From contig CALSPG010000005.1 in the NCBI GenBank assembly GCA_943788175.1, positions 288,001-352,000 on the forward strand: a stretch of 64,000 nucleotides of DNA. Direction: 5' to 3'. Source of the stretch: an uncultured bacterium. GTDB taxonomy: Bacteria > Fidelibacterota > Marinisomatia > Marinisomatales > UBA1611. The notes under the pieces were generated by a model. The model was not told the DNA's origin. It did no database searches and saw nothing but the letters and a program-made list of their open reading frames with translations. Both the position numbers and the translations under genes were made by a program. Shown in pieces: positions 60,567-64,000 of the stretch. Numbering within the stretch: the first letter of the stretch is position 1; every line of letters starts with the position of its first letter.

Positions 60567-60766
60567 GTTTTATTAGGTTCCAATGAACATATATTAATGA
60601 AACAAAAACACTGGCAAAGAATAAAAAATATTCATGATATGTCATGGATGGAATCAATTAAGATAGGACTCTTTAATTCTAATTTTAAAAAAGCATTAAA
60701 TAATAAAGTTATAATTTCTGCTATAAATTTTTCAAATTATCAACGAAATAAAAATAGAGGTCAAGA

Positions 60767-61141
60767 ATGAATAAATTTTTTGTTTTTTTTATCTTAACTT
60801 TTTTACAGGGAAATAATTTGAGGCTTGCTCATGATTTTTATGATAACAGGATACCAAAGAGTATATACACTTATAAAGAGACATCATCAGAAATTATTTT
60901 AAAAGAGAGCACTTCTTATTACAAAAATGGTAATATTAGTTATAAAGTTGAATATGATGCTAATGGGCTGAATAGTAGAAAAACTTGGTGGCATAATAAT
61001 GGTAACAAAAGTAAAATGATTACATTCGATGCTGGAAAAATTGATGGCATATGGATCACTTGGTCTTATGAAGGTTTAAAAATAAGCGAGAGATTTTATA
61101 AGGATGGCCTTATGATTAAAGAACGATTTCATCAGAAATAA
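60767..61141 (+). CDS. MORN-variant repeat protein (YwqK-like), secreted
   Basis: YY.NG, WWH.NG.K, G..DG.W..W repeats. Confidence 0.65.
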   Translation: MNKFFVFFILTFLQGNNLRLAHDFYDNRIPKSIYTYKETSSEIILKESTSYYKNGNISYKVEYDANGLNSRKTWWHNNGNKSKMITFDAGKIDGIWITWSYEGLKISERFYKDGLMIKERFHQK

Positions 61142-61225
61142 AACTTTTATAGATTCTGTTAAACTATTCAATTTAGATGTATATTTTTTTAGTAGTATAA
61201 TTATAATTATAAACAATTTTAATAT

Positions 61226-61741
61226 ATGGAATTATTTAAAATAAAATCCAATATTGATGAAATAGCTAATGCACTTACTTATCAAGTCACATTGGTTAGT
61301 ACGGTATTTTCAGGACATATTGTTGAAAATTATAATCTCACTTATAAGCAGCATTTAAGATTAATACTTATTTCTACTGCGCAACAAATTCATTTAATTG
61401 ATAGATTGCTGTTGAATAATAATTTGACATCCCGTAAGGCTATTATACATCGTATCTTCATTGGGCAGGCTAGGATGGTTGCAGGATTATGGCCTAATTT
61501 ATATGAAGAAGGCTCTTTAGAGTTTTTTTCAGATAAGCAATTAGAATATACCCAGTATCCTGGAAAAATAAAAAATGATGATATTAACTATCCAGCAGGT
61601 TCACTATTATGGGAGTTTGGTGAGGAAATAGCTTTTAATAGCCGCATGCAAAAAAATCACAAAATTATTTTAACAACAATAGGCACTTATAAATTTTATT
61701 ATATCAATAATGATGAAATAATGTCCTTCATCAGAAATTAA
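61226..61741 (+). CDS. Hypothetical protein
   Basis: 171-aa ORF between MORN genes. Confidence 0.5.
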   Translation: MELFKIKSNIDEIANALTYQVTLVSTVFSGHIVENYNLTYKQHLRLILISTAQQIHLIDRLLLNNNLTSRKAIIHRIFIGQARMVAGLWPNLYEEGSLEFFSDKQLEYTQYPGKIKNDDINYPAGSLLWEFGEEIAFNSRMQKNHKIILTTIGTYKFYYINNDEIMSFIRN

Positions 61742-61761
61742 TATCTAATCAGGGAATACAA

Positions 61762-62949
61762 ATGAACAACTTCTTTTTAAGAAATGCAATTATTCTTGCT
61801 TTGTCAATATCTTCACTTTTCTCACAGCAAAAAAGAGTAATGTGGAAAGAGTTAATAGATAAAAAGGGTGTAAAGTATGTATATGGTTCAAAAAAACCAT
61901 TCTCTGGTAGAGTCTTTGATAACTATAGAAATAAGGGAAGAAAACTCACTGGAGAATTAAAAAATGGTAAAATGCATGGTGACTGGACATTCTGGAATGA
62001 AGATGGTAAGACAGATAGAGAAGAATCATATTTGCTAGACCAAAAAAATGGAGAATGGACTTATTACGATGATAAAGGAAATAAAAAAAAATCAGAAAGA
62101 TATATAAAAGGAAAGAAAACTGGTTCAGTTAGTTATTATCATGCGAACGGTAATAAATCTAAAGAAGAAATATACATTAATGATAAGCGGGAAGGGAAAT
62201 GGACGGCCTGGTACTCAAATAGTAAAAAAGAGAAAGAGGAGTTTTATAAAAAAGGTAAAAAAGTTGGTAAATGGAATTATTTTAATGAAAGTGGTAAAAA
62301 GGAAAGTGTTATATCATATAAGAATGATTTTAAAGATGGCAAGTCGATCTATTATTTCGAAACTAATGGTAATAAAAATCGTGAAGAAAGTTGGAAAAGA
62401 GGTGTCGAAAATGGATTGTGGCTATGGCTAGATCAAAATGGGGAAAAAATTAAAGAGGGAAGTTACAGAGCAGGGCAAAAACATGGCTTATGGATGAGCT
62501 TCAATGATGCAGGAAAAAAAATTGAAGACAGTCAATGGAAAGATGGAGAGCTCTTTGGTAAAACTACATTATGGAACGGCGATGGAATTAAGACGGCTAT
62601 GAAAAGTTTTAAATTAGATGAAAAAGATGGTTTATGGGTTTGGTGGGGACCAAAAGGTCGAAAAATTAAAGAAGGTAATTACAAACTTGGAAAGAAAAAT
62701 GGAACATGGACATACTATCATGAAAATGGGTCGAAGAAGCGGATTGAGAATTATGTAAAAGATAAAAAGCATGGGAAACTCATTAAATGGTTTGAGAATG
62801 GGCAAAAATCTCAAGAAGAAGTATATAAAAATGATAAAAAAAATGGGAAATTCATTTACTGGTTTGAAAATGGAAAACTTGAGAAAGAAGAGAAATATTC
62901 AAATGATGTTCAAACAGATGGTAAACATTATGATTATTTTGATAATTAA
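61762..62949 (+). CDS. Long MORN-variant repeat protein (YwqK-like), secreted
   Basis: Many ~24-aa G.K.G.W..(W/Y)..NG.K..E..Y repeats; signal peptide. Confidence 0.82.
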   Translation: MNNFFLRNAIILALSISSLFSQQKRVMWKELIDKKGVKYVYGSKKPFSGRVFDNYRNKGRKLTGELKNGKMHGDWTFWNEDGKTDREESYLLDQKNGEWTYYDDKGNKKKSERYIKGKKTGSVSYYHANGNKSKEEIYINDKREGKWTAWYSNSKKEKEEFYKKGKKVGKWNYFNESGKKESVISYKNDFKDGKSIYYFETNGNKNREESWKRGVENGLWLWLDQNGEKIKEGSYRAGQKHGLWMSFNDAGKKIEDSQWKDGELFGKTTLWNGDGIKTAMKSFKLDEKDGLWVWWGPKGRKIKEGNYKLGKKNGTWTYYHENGSKKRIENYVKDKKHGKLIKWFENGQKSQEEVYKNDKKNGKFIYWFENGKLEKEEKYSNDVQTDGKHYDYFDN

Positions 62950-63238
62950 ATCGAAGATATCGTTGATAATAAATGCTTAGATATGCTTATCTTTATAAAG
63001 AAAAAGTCTTTTTTTAATTTGTAGGTTTTTAGTTTATGGTTTTAGTTTGTGGCCTAATATAAATACCAAGCGATTAGTCATATTAAATGTTTATACTAAA
63101 AATTTATTCTTAAAGACAACTTCAAAAAATTACGTGAAAAAATATTTAATTCGGATGTCAATTATTTCCATAATCGGGTTTTTGGTATATTACTATTTAA
63201 TAATTTGGTCTACTCATTTTTAACTTTCTTTCAGATAA

Positions 63239-63409
63239 ATGAAAATAACACCAAAGATACTATTCGTAATGATATTTTGGATGACAGTTATTACGGGAGT
63301 TATTTTTAGTATAAATGCAGCTTTTGATATACCGGATGAAATAACAGGGCCTGCTTTTTTTTTATCGATTGGAATGACAATATCTTCAACTATTAACTAT
63401 TATAAATAA
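63239..63409 (+). CDS. Small two-TM membrane protein
   Basis: Manual translation MKITPKILFVMIFWMTVITG...INYYK*; abuts the next ATG. Confidence 0.5.
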   Translation: MKITPKILFVMIFWMTVITGVIFSINAAFDIPDEITGPAFFLSIGMTISSTINYYK

Positions 63410-64000
63410 ATGAAATATAAATTATATATATCAATGCTTTTATTGTCTTCAACAATTTTTTCAGTAGGGGATAAAGAATTAATTTTTATTTATAATGCTA
63501 AAAGTGGTTTAGTTAATGAAATGATTGATTTTGCTCATAAAATAGTCAGTCCCCGGAACTTACGACTGTAATCTTTGTGCTATGTCGTATGGTACATTTA
63601 CGAAAAAAAAAAGATGGTCAGACTATATTAATTCTTTACCAATCAAATCGACATTTACATATAAAGATAAGGTCTCGGCTTTGGAAAAAGAGTTAAGTAA
63701 TTTAAAGTTTCCAACTATAATAATTCGTGACGGTGTGGAGTTAAATGAGATAATTTCTAGGGATGAAATAAATAGTATTAAAAATTTAAATCAATTAATT
63801 AGTCTTTTAAATGAAAGGTTAGATGAAAACGGAATGAAATTAAAAAAGGGTAAAGACAAATATGTTACTGAACAGGAATGGGAAAAAAAATTAACGCCAG
63901 AGGAATTTCATATATTAAGGGAAAAGGGAACTGAAAAACCTTTTACGGGCGAGTATGATAAGTTTGATAAAGAAGGCATGTATAAATGCGCTGGTTGCGG
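63410..64000 (+). CDS. msrB: Peptide-methionine (R)-S-oxide reductase with N-terminal CxxC domain; frameshift at ~63553; cut by window end
   Basis: WEKKLTPEEFHILREKGTEKPFTGEY...GMYKCAGC in frame with upstream TYDCNLC...FPTI domain. Confidence 0.8.

Noticed and set aside
61762-62949. Periodic nucleotide repeats as a CRISPR array, or a toxin-antitoxin system
   Set aside because: Periodicity is from MORN-type protein repeats; no identical repeats with spacers, no cas genes and no recognisable toxin nearby

Overview
AT-rich bacterial chromosome segment. The gene content (TonB receptors with carboxypeptidase-regulatory N-domains, YPNPFN C-terminal sorting domains, dockerin-tailed peptidase, GH99, eukaryote-type citrate synthase) suggests the FCB group, plausibly Marinimicrobia; this is inference. 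Many genes are split by single-base indels, consistent with long-read assembly error. 0-38.4 kb is mostly core: an inositol-phosphate/CDP-polyol operon, an orphan phage-type DNA hypermodification enzyme, a TonB receptor, xth, an LPS/phospho-polyol cluster, citrate synthase, secreted peptidases, queD-like/yhhQ/folE, lipB-E1-E2-lipA and lon. A 9,966-bp element is integrated in tRNA-Val(TAC) (att repeats 38450-38502 and 48416-48468). It has a satellite-like core (excisionase HTH, CHC2-Toprim-AAA primase/helicase, degraded small-terminase-like gene, tyrosine integrase) and a cargo of PDH-like E1/E2, ACP and PPTase, plus traces of earlier related insertions. 49-54.4 kb is a metal-homeostasis region. 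There, two paralogous His/Cys-rich leader ORFs ending in the ribosome-arrest motif RAPP head two convergent operons (MerC-domain; His/Glu-rich lipoprotein plus TonB receptor), next to a flavodoxin pseudogene with a Fur-like box. The rest holds transporters, HMA, SRAP, bicupin and MORN-repeat proteins, and a CxxC-domain-MsrB fusion cut by the window end. All calls come from motif reading only; no searches were run.
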